Source: Carcharhinus longimanus
Lineage: Eukaryota
DNA length: 64,000 nt
Reading direction: 5' to 3'
Assembly: GCA_030264375.1 (NCBI GenBank)
Contig: JASCQW010000098.1
Span: 53,524,996 to 53,588,995 of the forward strand
Position numbers and translations under genes: made by a program. Shown here in pieces: positions 1-10,316 of this stretch. The notes under the pieces were generated by a model that was not told the origin of the DNA, made no database searches, and saw only the letters and a program-made list of their open reading frames with translations. The stretch's first letter is position 1; the number at the start of each line of letters is the position of its first letter.

Positions 1-95
1 CAAACTCCACACAGACAGTGACCCAAGCTGGGAATCAAACCCAGGTCCCTGAAGCTGTGAAGCAGCAATGCTAACCATTGTGCTACCGTGCCACC
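1..95 (-). mobile_element. tRNA-derived SINE (HE1/V-SINE-type) 5' head, cut by window edge
   Basis: The reverse complement begins GGTGGCACGGTAGCACAATGGTTAGCATTGCTGC...GGGTTTGATTCCC (A/B boxes). Same head as the copies at 2436, 4562, 9547 and 40070. Confidence 0.85.
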
Positions 96-909
96 AGTTT
101 TAGTTTAGAAGTTAAAAATAGCTAAACTATTTATTGCCAATAAGAATTTTACATTCTTAACTATGATTGAAGGAATCATTATCAAGATATGAAGCCTAAA
201 ATTCTTAATGCTAGTCTTGAAAACAAAGTAATATTCACATGTTTGGGTGACTTAATCTCCCGCGAGTTTTAGAAAGTTGAGCTTTAAAAGAAATAAGTGA
301 ACTTCATCAACTTACAAAGGAGTACCAAGTGAATAAAAAGGATCTGATTAAAATCCCTTTTGGCAACCCAGTGGTACTTGCATGCGTTGAGTTAGCTGAT
401 CCCTCACAGTGTAGCAGATGGGACAGTACAGTTGCCTTCAGCACTTTAGGCAAGGGAGAAGAAAAATCTGCATTAGTTTCACTCCTGATTCCTATGCAGT
501 AACTTTTTCTGGAAAGTATGTGATCATGAATGACAGATAAGGACAAGATCATTGTGGTGATTTTAAAAGATAGGCTGCAGACATCAAAGGTTCAAACAAA
601 TAAAGAGCTTTATTGAAAGCATGTTAACACTACATGATGCTAAGATAGTCTGTGTGTGAACCTATACAAATGGCCAATGGCATCATTAATGACATCACAT
701 GATCAGTCTTTTAAAATGCCCCATTCCACTGCGAACCTGCGAGAGAGGAAACACACTAGAAATAATATGAATACAGAACAGTCATGTTCCTCTATGATGC
801 CCTCCCCAGTCAAATAAAGAATGGACAATCAGATAAGAAACCAAATGGCTGCTAGTGCTGGTAAAATCACAAAACAGCAAGAGCCAACACTCGTGGCAGA
901 GAATTAGGC

Positions 910-1286
910 TGTTAGCGCGAGTGGGCAAAACGACCACTACGGACTCAGGGTGAAGTTCAATAATGGCACAGCTTTATTTTCTTTTACGTTGACAGAGAAG
1001 CGCAGTCAGGACATACAATTGGACTGTCCCGAAAGCACTCTGCCCGTCCCTCGTAGCAGGCTATAGTTATACCTGAACTTCGGTGCAGTATGCTATTCAA
1101 ATGCTAATACTTTATTTACAGTATTTGACCTTAGCCATCCTGTCTCGATGTTTTCAAGTGTTGAGGAAATTGTTTTAAGTGCGTGTTAATTGCTTTGTCT
1201 GATTGGTTATTAATAGTCTAGAATCTCCAGGGTTTGAACCATAGGTGTGTCATTGATCTCAAAAGAGGTTTTGAGGGGCCAGGAAT
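910..1286 (-). mobile_element. Possible LTR fragment with retained CpGs, running into a gap
   Basis: Starts TGTTAG, has TTTATT (AATAAA on -) near 974 and several intact CpGs. No TSD or partner LTR confirmed. Confidence 0.3.
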
Positions 1287-1386
1287 NNNNNNNNNNNNNN
1301 NNNNNNNNNNNNNNNNNNNNNNNNNNNNNNNNNNNNNNNNNNNNNNNNNNNNNNNNNNNNNNNNNNNNNNNNNNNNNNNNNNNNNN

Positions 1387-1510
1387 AAATGGACCACTAC
1401 ACATTTATCCGCGTTGAAGTCCATCTGCCACTTCTCCACCCAGTCTTGCATCCTATCTATGTCTCTCTGCAACTTCTGACATCCTTCCAGACTATCCATA
1501 ACAGTCCCAA
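1387..1510 (-). mobile_element. CR1/HER1 LINE reverse-transcriptase fragment
   Basis: Translation GCQKLQRDIDRMQDWVEKWQMDFNADKCVVVH, the typical CR1 segment following the FADD motif. Confidence 0.85.
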
Positions 1511-1859
1511 GCTTGCCAAGAATTATAGTAACAACCAAGTTAAGATTATCAGTTGGGTTTACAATGTGACTCATTTGTGCTTGATAGAAACTGAGTATAA
1601 ACATGTACTTAGAACCCTGCAGGTAAAAGGGATACTGTAGGTGGTTAATGAATGAGGTAGTGTCTCTAGTCCAAAAGCGTCTACTTCTGTTCCATCTCTA
1701 AGACCTAACCTAGTGGGTGCTTTAGGAGATAAGTGAAATAAAATTTGCTCTTTCTCCTCACAGGTGGGGGAAGAAACTAGTAACTAGTAACATTTTAAAA
1801 GATCCAGGCTTTGCATTCTTTTGAATTAAACAAAAACATAGGGGAACCACAGTTCTCTG

Positions 1860-2035
1860 GTGCACTCCCTGTGGCAATGCCTCAACCAATCAGAATCAAT
1901 TTGCTAACCAAATCAGCACTCTTCCTCATGTGGCATAAATTGTTGCTGCCTTTGAAACTTGGCATTCTTAATCTGGCCTGATGAGCCAAGACAAAAAAAC
2001 TTTGACAACATGCCTTTTTTTTCACCAATATTCAG
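1860..2035 (+). repeat. Dispersed repeat with CCAATCAG boxes and a degenerate hammerhead-like core (Penelope- or DIRS-like terminal repeat)
   Basis: GGCAATGC...CCAATCAGAATC...AATCAGCA...CTGATGAGCCAAGACAAAA. A homologous copy lies at about 53430-53680. Confidence 0.5.
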
Positions 2036-2435
2036 GTCCTTATTTTTGGCTAATGCTGTGCTTTTTAGAAGATATTTTTATGAATACTGGATTTTATATT
2101 TGGTTCAAAGAAGTAATACATTAAATAGGAAATATCTTCCCAGTTCAATTTCATGTCAAGGATTGCAGTAATTTTACAATTTCAGACTTCTACTGTCCTT
2201 TACACGTGGACCTGTTTCCTGACTTCACAGCTGAAAGGCCTGCCTCCAATATTTAGGTTATGTCCCCTAGTCCTCGACTTCTCCACTAATGGAAACATTT
2301 ATTTTTCTATCTGCATTACCAGTGGTAACAGAGGACCTTCCTCCAAAACTGCATTATAACTGGGTAAACGAAACTTCAGCATAATTTATTTTAATAAACG
2401 TCTTCTAGCTTAAATGTGATAAGATAATGTAAAAG

Positions 2436-2733
2436 ATTATTTATTAATCACAAGTAGGCTTACATGAACACTGCAGTGAAGTTACTGTGAAAATCCCCGA
2501 GCCGCCACACTCTAGTGGCTGTTCAGGTACACTGAGGGAGAATTTAGAATGGCCAAAGCACCTAACAAGCACATCTTTCAGACTGTGGGAGGAAACCAGA
2601 GCACCCGGAGGAAACCCATGCAGACACGGCAAGAACGTGCAAACTCCACACAGACAGTGATCCAAGCCAGGAATCAAACCTTGATCCCTGGAGTTGTGAG
2701 ACAGCAGGGCTAACCATTGTGTCACCGTACTGC
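2436..2733 (-). mobile_element. tRNA/V-type SINE, alternative-tail subfamily
   Basis: HE1-like head and core (TGTGGAGTTTGCACGTTCT...GGTTTCCTCCCACAG), but the 3' end reads GGGGATTTTCACAGTAACTTCA...GTAAGCCTACTTGTGATTAATAAATAA. Confidence 0.85.
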
Positions 2734-2779
2734 TGAAAACACAGCCTGTTCGAAACCCAATGTGACTTCAACATGGGAA

Positions 2780-3010
2780 CAGGAGTGAAACATTCAGCCC
2801 CTCAAGTCTGTTTAGTCATTCAGTGAGATCATGGTTAATCTGTATCCTTTTGCACTCTTGTCTCCTAAAAATCTATCAATCTCAGATTTAACACGATAAA
2901 TTGAACTATCATCTTCTATTTTGTGAGAGAGTTTCACACTTATACCATCTTTTTCATGAAGTGTTTAATAACTTCTCTCTTGACCAGCCTAGTTCTGATT
3001 TTAAGCTTAT
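2780..3010 (-). mobile_element. Degraded CR1 3' end
   Basis: CATTCAGCCCCTCAAGTCTG...CATTCAGTGAGATCATGG matches the better-preserved CR1 3' end at 37085-37405. Confidence 0.6.
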
Positions 3011-3034
3011 GAAATCTAGCTGATACTGAAATTT

Positions 3035-3250
3035 AGTTTTTTCAAACTCATTCCTGAGATGTGGGCATCACTGGCTTGGCCATGATTTATTACCTATTTA
3101 TATTTGCCTTTGTGAAGGTGGTGATGAGTTGCCTTCTTGAACTGCCGCAGTCCATGTAGTGTAGGTATACTCAGTGTGTTGTTAGGGAGAGAATTCAAAG
3201 ATTTTGACCCACTACCAATGAAGGAATGACAATATATTTCCAAGGCAGGA
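3035..3250 (-). mobile_element. CR1/L2-group LINE 3' end
   Basis: GAGATGTGGGCATCACTGG...GCCTTCTTGAACTGCCGCAG...TTTTGACCC. Overlaps in sequence with the + strand fragment at 4830-5070, and its 3' end is shared with SINE family B. Confidence 0.6.
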
Positions 3251-3882
3251 TTTGATTTGATTTATTATTGTCACATGTATTAGTTTACAATGAAAAGTAT
3301 TGTTTCTTGCGTGCTATACAGACAAAACATACCGTTCATAGAGAAGGAAATGAAAGTGCAGAATGCAGTGTTATAGTCATAACTAGGATGTAGAGAAAAA
3401 TCAACTTAATATAAGGTAGGTCCATTCAAAAGTCTAATGGCAGCAGGGAAGAAGCTGTTCTTGGGTCGATTGATACATGACCTCAGACCTTTGCATCTTT
3501 TTCCCAATGGAAGAAGGTGGAAGACAGAATGTCCGGGGTGCGTGGGGTCCTTAATTATTCTGGCTGCTTTGCCGAGGCAGCGGAAAGTGTAGACAGAGTC
3601 AATAGATGGGAGGCTGGTTTGCATGATGGCTTGGGTTACATTCATGATCTTTTGTAGTTCCTTGCCATCTTGGGCAGAGCAGGAGCCATACCAAGCTGTG
3701 ATACAACCAGAAAGAATGCTTTCTAGGGTGCATTTGTAAAAGTTGGTGAGAGTCGCAGCTGACATGCCAAATTTCCTTAGTCTTTTGAGAAAGTAAAGGC
3801 ATTGGTGGACTTTCTTAACTATAGTGTCGGCATGGAGGGGACCAGGGTAGGTTATTGGTGATCTGGACACCTAAAAACTTGG
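3251..3882 (-). mobile_element. Rex1/Babar-type LINE, 5'-truncated
   Basis: ORF 3406-3870 reads KKVHQCLYFLKRLRKFGMS...CTLESILSGCITAWYG...KNSFFPAAIRLLN, the Rex1 C-terminus. Has a (CAAAT)n tail. Confidence 0.9.
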
Positions 3883-4324
3883 CGGAGCATGTTTGAAAGG
3901 CCTACTCCTTCTTGTTTCTATGTTTCCCTGTCAGGGATGGGTTAGATGCCATGGAATGGAAGGCAAAGAAAGTGGTAATGGTAAAGAAACAATGTGCAGA
4001 TGGTAAATGATGGTGGTGAAGAAACAAAACATTGGCCCAAAGTGTTAATAGCAGAATAAATGTAAGTGCTGTATGAATGCAACACGAGAGCAAAATATAG
4101 ACTGGCACTAGAGGGAAAAAATAACAAGGACAAATAATAAATAAGGACAAAACAATTTGCTTGTACTTCCTTCAACTTAATTTACTGTATTTGCTGCTCA
4201 GAATGCAGTCAGTTCTACATTGTAAACAGCAAGTGCAGACCGGATGTCTGCTCTGCAGAACACTTCCGTTTGCAGCCATTTCGGTTCACCATTTTGCACT
4301 CATGCTCACATTTTTGTCCTCAGC

Positions 4325-4425
4325 CTACTCAATGTTTCAGTGAAGCTCAGAAGCTTGAAGCAGAACACCTCATCTTTTGATTAGGCGTTTCACAGTCTTC
4401 TGGACTAAACATAACTTCAGACCAT
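4325..4425 (+). mobile_element. Penelope-like GIY-YIG C-terminal remnant
   Basis: AAGCTTGAAGCAGAACACCTCATCTTTTGATTAGG...TCTGGACTAAAC resembles KLEEQHLIFRLG..QPSGLN. Confidence 0.55.
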
Positions 4426-4561
4426 GAACTCTGTCCTCCATTTTATATTTTTTTGCAGTTGTCCCTGTCAGTATCTTGTGCTCATGTTTTGCTTTCAGAC
4501 AGCACTAACCTTTATTCTGCTACTAACACCTATTCTGGACCAATGCTTAAAGTAAAAAAGG

Positions 4562-4820
4562 TTATTTATTAGTCACTAGTAAGGTTTATATTAACACTGC
4601 AACGAAGTTGTCGTAAAATTCCCCTAGTCACCATAGTCTGATGCCTGTTCGGGTCAATGCACCTAACCAGTATGTCTTTCAGAATGTGGGAGGAAACCAG
4701 AATGCCCAGAGCAGACATGGGGAGAATGTGCAAACTCCACACAGAGAGTGACCCAAACCGGGAATCGATCACAAGTCCCTGGTGCTGTGAGGCAGCAGTG
4801 TTAACCATTGTGCCACCAGG
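4562..4820 (-). mobile_element. tRNA/V-type SINE, alternative-tail subfamily
   Basis: Collinear with 2436-2733. Confidence 0.85.
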
Positions 4821-4829
4821 CCATCCCAT

Positions 4830-5070
4830 CCACCATCTTAAAGATTCACCTCCTGATACATAATGGCAGCAGTGTTTGCCATCTGCAGGATGCAATGCAT
4901 AAACTCATCAAGGCTCCTTCAATAGTGCTTTGAAAAAAACATGACCTCTACCATCTTGAAGGGCAAGGACAGCAGATGCATGGGAACACTACCCCCTGCA
5001 AGTTCGCCTCCAAGGCTGCATACCATCCTGAATTGGAACCTTATTGCCATTATTTTGCTGTCAATGGGTC
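4830..5070 (+). mobile_element. CR1/L2-group LINE 3' ORF2 remnant
   Basis: GCAGCAGTGTTTGCCATCTGCAGGATGCA...GCAGATGCATGGGAACACTACC...GTCAATGGGTCAA; degraded LINE C-terminus. Confidence 0.55.
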
Positions 5071-5772
5071 AATTAAACAATTTTTTGAAAATTCGAGTTG
5101 GCTGAAAACTGACATTTGTTGGGAATACACGTAGTCCTACAGTGAAGTTTCACAAGGTTTGAATCTCATTTCAGTATCTCTGGTGCAGTTCTTGGCATAT
5201 TCCCCTGTGCTCTTCACTAACACAGGGTTAATATTTGTGGTTTGATATTTGTGGTAAGAGTGACGGCTACGCCAGTCAACACAGTTATAGATTGCAGCTG
5301 TATCCAACTCTGCTGCTGCAGATGACTCCTGGTACTCACGGAGTTTTGAGCTGCTAGATCTGTTGTTAATCTAACCTATTCAGCACAGTGGTAATGCACT
5401 GAAGAGAGAAAAAACATGAATAATTAAAATGTCTGAGGGGAAATCCAAATGTTGAAGACATAAAATTGGCAAAAGAAAAAAAAAGAACTTCCATTGTTTA
5501 TAACACGTTTCACAATCCCAGAACATTCCAAAGTGATTCAAAGTCAGTGGAGTACTTTTGAAGTATCACTTTTGTAATCAAGTGGCACCTACTTACCAAA
5601 ATCTGCTTACCGCATCTATTTAGTCTTGGCTGGAAACAATCATCACTAACCTCACCACATTCTTGATCCAGCAATTGACACAGGAACGGAATGCTAAAGG
5701 AGAGATGAAAGTTGCTGTGTTTGAAAGAGAAGTTCAACTCAAACGTGGCACTGAAGAGCCCTAGCAAAATTT

Positions 5773-5923
5773 AAAAGAGAAAATGCTGGAAAATCTCAGC
5801 AGGTCTAGCAGCAACTGTAAGGAGAGTCTCTTTACACAAGCTGCCAGACCTGTTGAAATTTTCCAGCATTTTCTCTTTTGTTTTCAGATTCCAGCATCCA
5901 CAGTAATTCCTTTTTAGTTTTTA
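5773..5923. mobile_element. Penelope-derived fold-back element with 13-bp TSD
   Basis: AAAAGAGAAAATGCTGGAAAAT...ATTTTCCAGCATTTTCTCTTTT inverted repeat. Flanked by CCTAGCAAAATTT at 5760-5772 and 5924-5936. Confidence 0.75.
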
Positions 5924-5933
5924 CCTAGCAAAA

Positions 5934-6382
5934 TTTGATTTGATTTGATTTATTATTGTCACATGTATTGGGATACAGTAAAAAGTATTGTTTCTTACGC
6001 ATGACACAGACAAAATATACCGTTCATAGAGGGCGGGATTTTACAGGCCTCACTTGAGCAATTCTGTGAAGCGCAGATGGTAGAATTCCGGTGAGAGTAT
6101 ATAGGACAGAAAGGAAGGAGAGGGGGCAGAATATAGTGTCACAGTCATAACTAAGGTGTTGAGAAAGATCAGCTTGACATAAGGTAGATCCATTCAAAAG
6201 TCTAATGGCAGCAGGGAAGAAGCTGTCCTTGAGTCGGTTGGTACATAACCTCAAACTTTTGTATCTTTTTCCTGACGGAAGCAGGTGGAAGGATGTATGG
6301 TTGGGGTGCGTGGGGTCTTTAATTATGCTAGCTGCTTTTCCAAGGCAACGGAAAGTGTAGACAGAATCAATGGATGGGAGAC
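5934..6382 (-). mobile_element. Rex1/Babar LINE 3' fragment containing a mini-MITE
   Basis: LPSIDSVYTFRCLGKAASIIKDPTHP...RLKDSFFPAAIRLLN, with a (CAAAT)n tail. Confidence 0.9.
6031..6093. mobile_element. 63-bp PIF/Harbinger-like mini-MITE
   Basis: Ends GGGCGGGATTTTAC / GTAGAATTCCGGTG with a 3-bp AGA duplication. Sister Rex1 copies show the empty site CATAGAG. Confidence 0.7.
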
Positions 6383-6399
6383 TGAATCGTATTATAACA

Positions 6400-8814
6400 A
6401 TGAAAGTTCTCCCGATACTGGTGCAATTATTAGCAAATGGCCATCCCTTGATGATGGAGATGGACATGGGAGCTACAGTCTCTGTTATCGGAGAATAGAC
6501 CTACAAGCACCTCTAGTCGGGCATCCAACTCCTGAGGTTGCAAGATATGAAGATCAGGCTAGCCACCTACACAGAGGAACCTTTACAAATAAAAGGCACT
6601 ACAGTGGCCCTGGTGACTTACAGACAAAAATCAGTCCATGATGCAACGGGATGGAGAAGCCCATCGCATATGCTTCCAGGATCCTTTTGGACGCAGAGCA
6701 ATGATATTCTCAAGTTGAGAAGGAAGGGTTGACTTTCAGTGTGATAAGAAGTCTGACCTATCCAGATGCTCTCGACTCAAAAACTTATAATGACCTGGTA
6801 GATCTGGTAAAAAGCCACTATGACCCGAAGCCCTTGGTAATTCTCCAGTGGTATAGCTTCTACATGGCTGGGAGAACCCATGGGAACCTGTCACCTGTAT
6901 TTTGTGTGAAGAAATTCCATCAATATGTCTATAGTTGAGGGTTTTTTATAGTTACCACCTATAAACCCTTACAGGGCTTAGAGACAAAACCTTCCCCACC
7001 ACCCCCCCCACAACATCGTTTCCGTTCGGCCACAGCATAGGGCCTTGCTATTGGCAGCTAATGAATATATTCTGGAACATTGCCTGAGGACCCAGACAGA
7101 ACTGAGTCACTTCCCTTTGCCCACAAGCCTGGTTCCTTTACCAGCAGTAGAAAAGGTTGTGATAACTCTGAACGTTTCGGAGACATTGCCAGTATCAACA
7201 AGGCAGATCAAAGCCTGGACCCAAAAAGTACCAACCTTATCCAAAATTAGGGACATGATCCTACATGGGGATTCCAAGGATGGCCTCCATAAGAAATTAA
7301 ATCCATCTCACTAAAAAGTTCAAACTTAGTGTTGAAGACGGGATTATTCTTTGAGGGTCCCAAGTAATTTTTTCCACCCCCAGGATGACACCCAATATTA
7401 ATGGAACTACATAATGGATACCCAGAAGTATCAAAAATGGCCTGTTCTTGATTCTGACATCACAAACTTCGTAATGCAATGTTGACCTGTGCCAGGAAAA
7501 TCAAAAACTCCACCATCAACCTCCTTACACCCATGAAAGTAGCCTGGCACACCATTGGTGCATGTACATGAGGGTTTTGCACGTCCCTTTATAGGGCCTA
7601 TGTTTTTAACCCAAGTGGTTGGAAGTGCACAGAATAAACTCCATTATTACTTAGGCTACATTCCAGAAATTGTAGCAAAGCTTCAGCATACACGCAATAC
7701 CGGAAGTTCTGGTTTCCGATAATGGCACAGTTTTCACTAGTGGTGATTCCCAGAATTTGGTGCTCTGCGGTGGTATCTGACACGTCCGTATTGCACCTTA
7801 TTACCCATTGTCAAATAGGCTGACAAAACAGACAGTTTAAACCTTCAAAAATGGTATGAAGAAACAGCCAGCGGCATCCATAGAGATTAAACTGGCACAA
7901 TTTTTGTTTGATTACAGGTGTACACCACACACCACAACAGGTGTCACTCCAACAGTGCTATTGATGGGTCAATGACCTGATACTAGATTGAGCCTATTAT
8001 TCCCAAACTTGTTGAAGAAGCTGAAATCCCAACAGAAAAACCAAAAAAGAAGCTTTTATTCCATGAGCACAGAAAGAACTTTTGCAATGAGTGAGGAACT
8101 TCTCTGGAATATTATGGAGAAAATATCTTAAAAAGTCAATGTTAGAATAGAACAGAATATAATAGAATAGAATTAGGGTAAAACTTTAAAAAAGCACTAA
8201 GATTACTTCAGGACCAGGGAATACTTGTCCGAGCTGCGCCACCACCGACTATGAAAAAAATCCACTGCCGGTGCTAGCCCTCAGCTTGAAGTTGCACCTG
8301 CATTGCCCCTTCCAGATAGTGAAGGTACACACTCTAAGATGGAGGCTGAAAAAGTTAACCTCAGGGCTGAAGTGGAAACTGAGGAGGAATCTGGTTTGGT
8401 AAACCTGTGACACTTCCTCTGAAAAAGAAGGTACCCTGTTTGGTTAACACTGCCTGACTCAGTCCCACCTTCAACGGACCTCCGCCCAAGCGCCAAGCTC
8501 CAAAAAAGTCACCCTTGCAATGGAGGTATTCGGAGAAACATGGACCTAAGAGGGAGGAATGTTATGATGGCCACAAAGGCATGGGGGATGTACCCATAGG
8601 CTTTGTGGAATACAAGGTGCTTTATTGAGCGAGCGGAGGTTTGCCTAGTAGGAAGAAGTCTGCAGGGATATTTAAGCCTGTAACTTTACCTAGACTGGAG
8701 TGATAGGTTCCGAAGTGAAGATTTCTGGACCGTAAGCTAAAGGAATGGCCTTCTCTTTTTGTTCACAATAAAGAGTGTTGGTGATGAAAACCAGCAAGTG
8801 GCTGAATTACTACA
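6400..8814 (+). mobile_element. Degenerate, rearranged Gypsy LTR retrotransposon (PR, RNase H, integrase, 3' LTR; no RT or 5' LTR seen)
   Basis: Protease-like GHPLMMEMDMGATVSV. RNase H EKPIAYASR...YSQVEKEG...VKKFHQYVY. Integrase remnants about 7400-8000. PPT AAGAGGGAGGAA, then LTR 8560-8814 (TG...TACA, AATAAA at 8767). Confidence 0.85.
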
Positions 8815-9029
8815 GATGCCAATATTTTGTTCTTGTTTACAGCCTTCTGGCCCATAATGTGTCTCCAACTCTTTGGAATCAATCTGAGTAGTAAAATAAA
8901 TTTTAAACAGGATTCTCCCTGCATTCTACTGACAGCCTGTTTGAACATTTGAAAAGGACATTTGAAAAATCCTTGTAAAGAAAAAATCATGATTGGCTCA
9001 AATATGACACAATATTGATATAAATAATT

Positions 9030-9343
9030 AGAATCATAGAATCCCTAAAGTGCAGAATGAGGCCATTCGGTCCACTAAGCCTGCACTGACAGCAATCCCA
9101 CCCATGCCTTATCCCTGTAACCCCATGTATTTACCCTGCTAATCCCCGACACTAAAGCTCAGTTTAGCATAGCCAATCCACCTCAGCTGCACAACTTTGG
9201 GGAGTGGGAGGAAACTGGAGCACCCAAAGGAAACCCATGTAGACATGGTGAGAATGTGCAAGCTCCACACAGTTACCCAGGAATGGAACTGAACCAGAGT
9301 CCCTGGCACTGTGAGGCAGCAGTGCTAACCAATTTGCTACCCA
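9030..9343 (-). mobile_element. HE1-type SINE with HER1/CR1-derived tail
   Basis: On - strand: tRNA head, V core, and tail CCGAATGGCCTCATTCTGCACTTTAGGGATTCTATGATTCT. Confidence 0.85.
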
Positions 9344-9384
9344 AACTTGTTGAGTGAATTGTGCTGACTGTGTGATTTTTAAAA

Positions 9385-9988
9385 ATATATATTCTTTCAT
9401 GGGATGTAAGTCTCACTGGAAAGGCCACCATTTGTTGCCCATCTCTAATTCCTCCTGAACTGTGTGGCTTCTAAGCCATTTCAGAGGGCAGTTAAGAGTC
9501 AACCATATCACTATGGAACTGGAGTCCCTCTATACCAGACCAGATAGGGGCGGCACAGTGGCACAGGGGTTAGCACTACTGCCTCACAGCGCCAGGGACG
9601 CCGGTTCAATTCTGGCCTTGGGTCACTGTCTGTGTGGAGTTTGCACATTCAAGAAGCACATATGGGCTGGGTAGGATTGTTGTTAGTGCAGGCTCGATGG
9701 TCCAAGTGGCCTCCTTCTGCACTGTAGGGATTCTATGATTCTGTGATTCTAAGATACGGATATCAGAATTCATTCTCTCAACAGCATGAGGAAACCAAAT
9801 GGGTTTTTATGACAATTAATAATAATTTCTAATCACCATTACTGAGCCAAGCTTTCATTTCTGGAATTTGCTAATTGAATTTAAGTTCCAACAGCTGCCA
9901 TGTTGGAATCTGAACCCATATCCCCAGAGCTTTAATTGGGGCCTCTAGATTACTGGTCTAGTGATAATACCAGTCTGCCACCATCTTC
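9385..9988 (-). mobile_element. tRNA-derived SINE family B, interrupted by an HE1 insertion
   Basis: Head on - strand GGTATTATCACTAGACCAGTAATCTAGAGGCC...GGGTTCAGATTCC; body GGTTGACTCTTAACTGCCCTCTGAAATGG; tail CATCCCATGAAAGAATA. Matches 30686-31000. Confidence 0.75.
9547..9751 (+). mobile_element. HE1-type SINE, internally deleted and nested
   Basis: GGGGCGGCACAGTGGCACAGGGGTTAGCAC...GGTTCAATTC...GGGATTCTATGATTCT, with AGATA on both sides. Confidence 0.85.
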
Positions 9989-10093
9989 CCACTTTTAGCA
10001 GGAGGAAACTACCTATAATAGACTCCTCCAATTAAAATGTCAGGTTTAAAAACAATCACATTACCCAAACAGTGCTGGTCATGATCTCAGTTT

Positions 10094-10316
10094 TGGTTCC
10101 CAAAAGACAAAATGCTGGAAAATCTCAGCAGGTCTGGCAGCCTGAGAAAGAAAAGAGCTGATGTTTCGAGTCCATATGACCCTTTGTCAAAGCTTTGTCA
10201 TCTGGACTTGAAACGTCAGTTCCTTACTCTCCTTGCAGATGCTGCCAGACTTGCTGAGATTTTGCGGCATTTTCTCTTTTGGTTTCAGATTCCAGCATCT
10301 GCAGTACTTTGCTTTT
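10094..10316. mobile_element. Penelope-derived fold-back element with 10-bp TSD
   Basis: Same family as 5773-5923. ATCTCAGTTT at 10084-10093 and 10317-10326. Confidence 0.75.

Noticed and set aside
9547-9625. SINE heads as tRNA genes
   Set aside because: A/B boxes are present, but there is no complete cloverleaf and the heads continue into SINE bodies.
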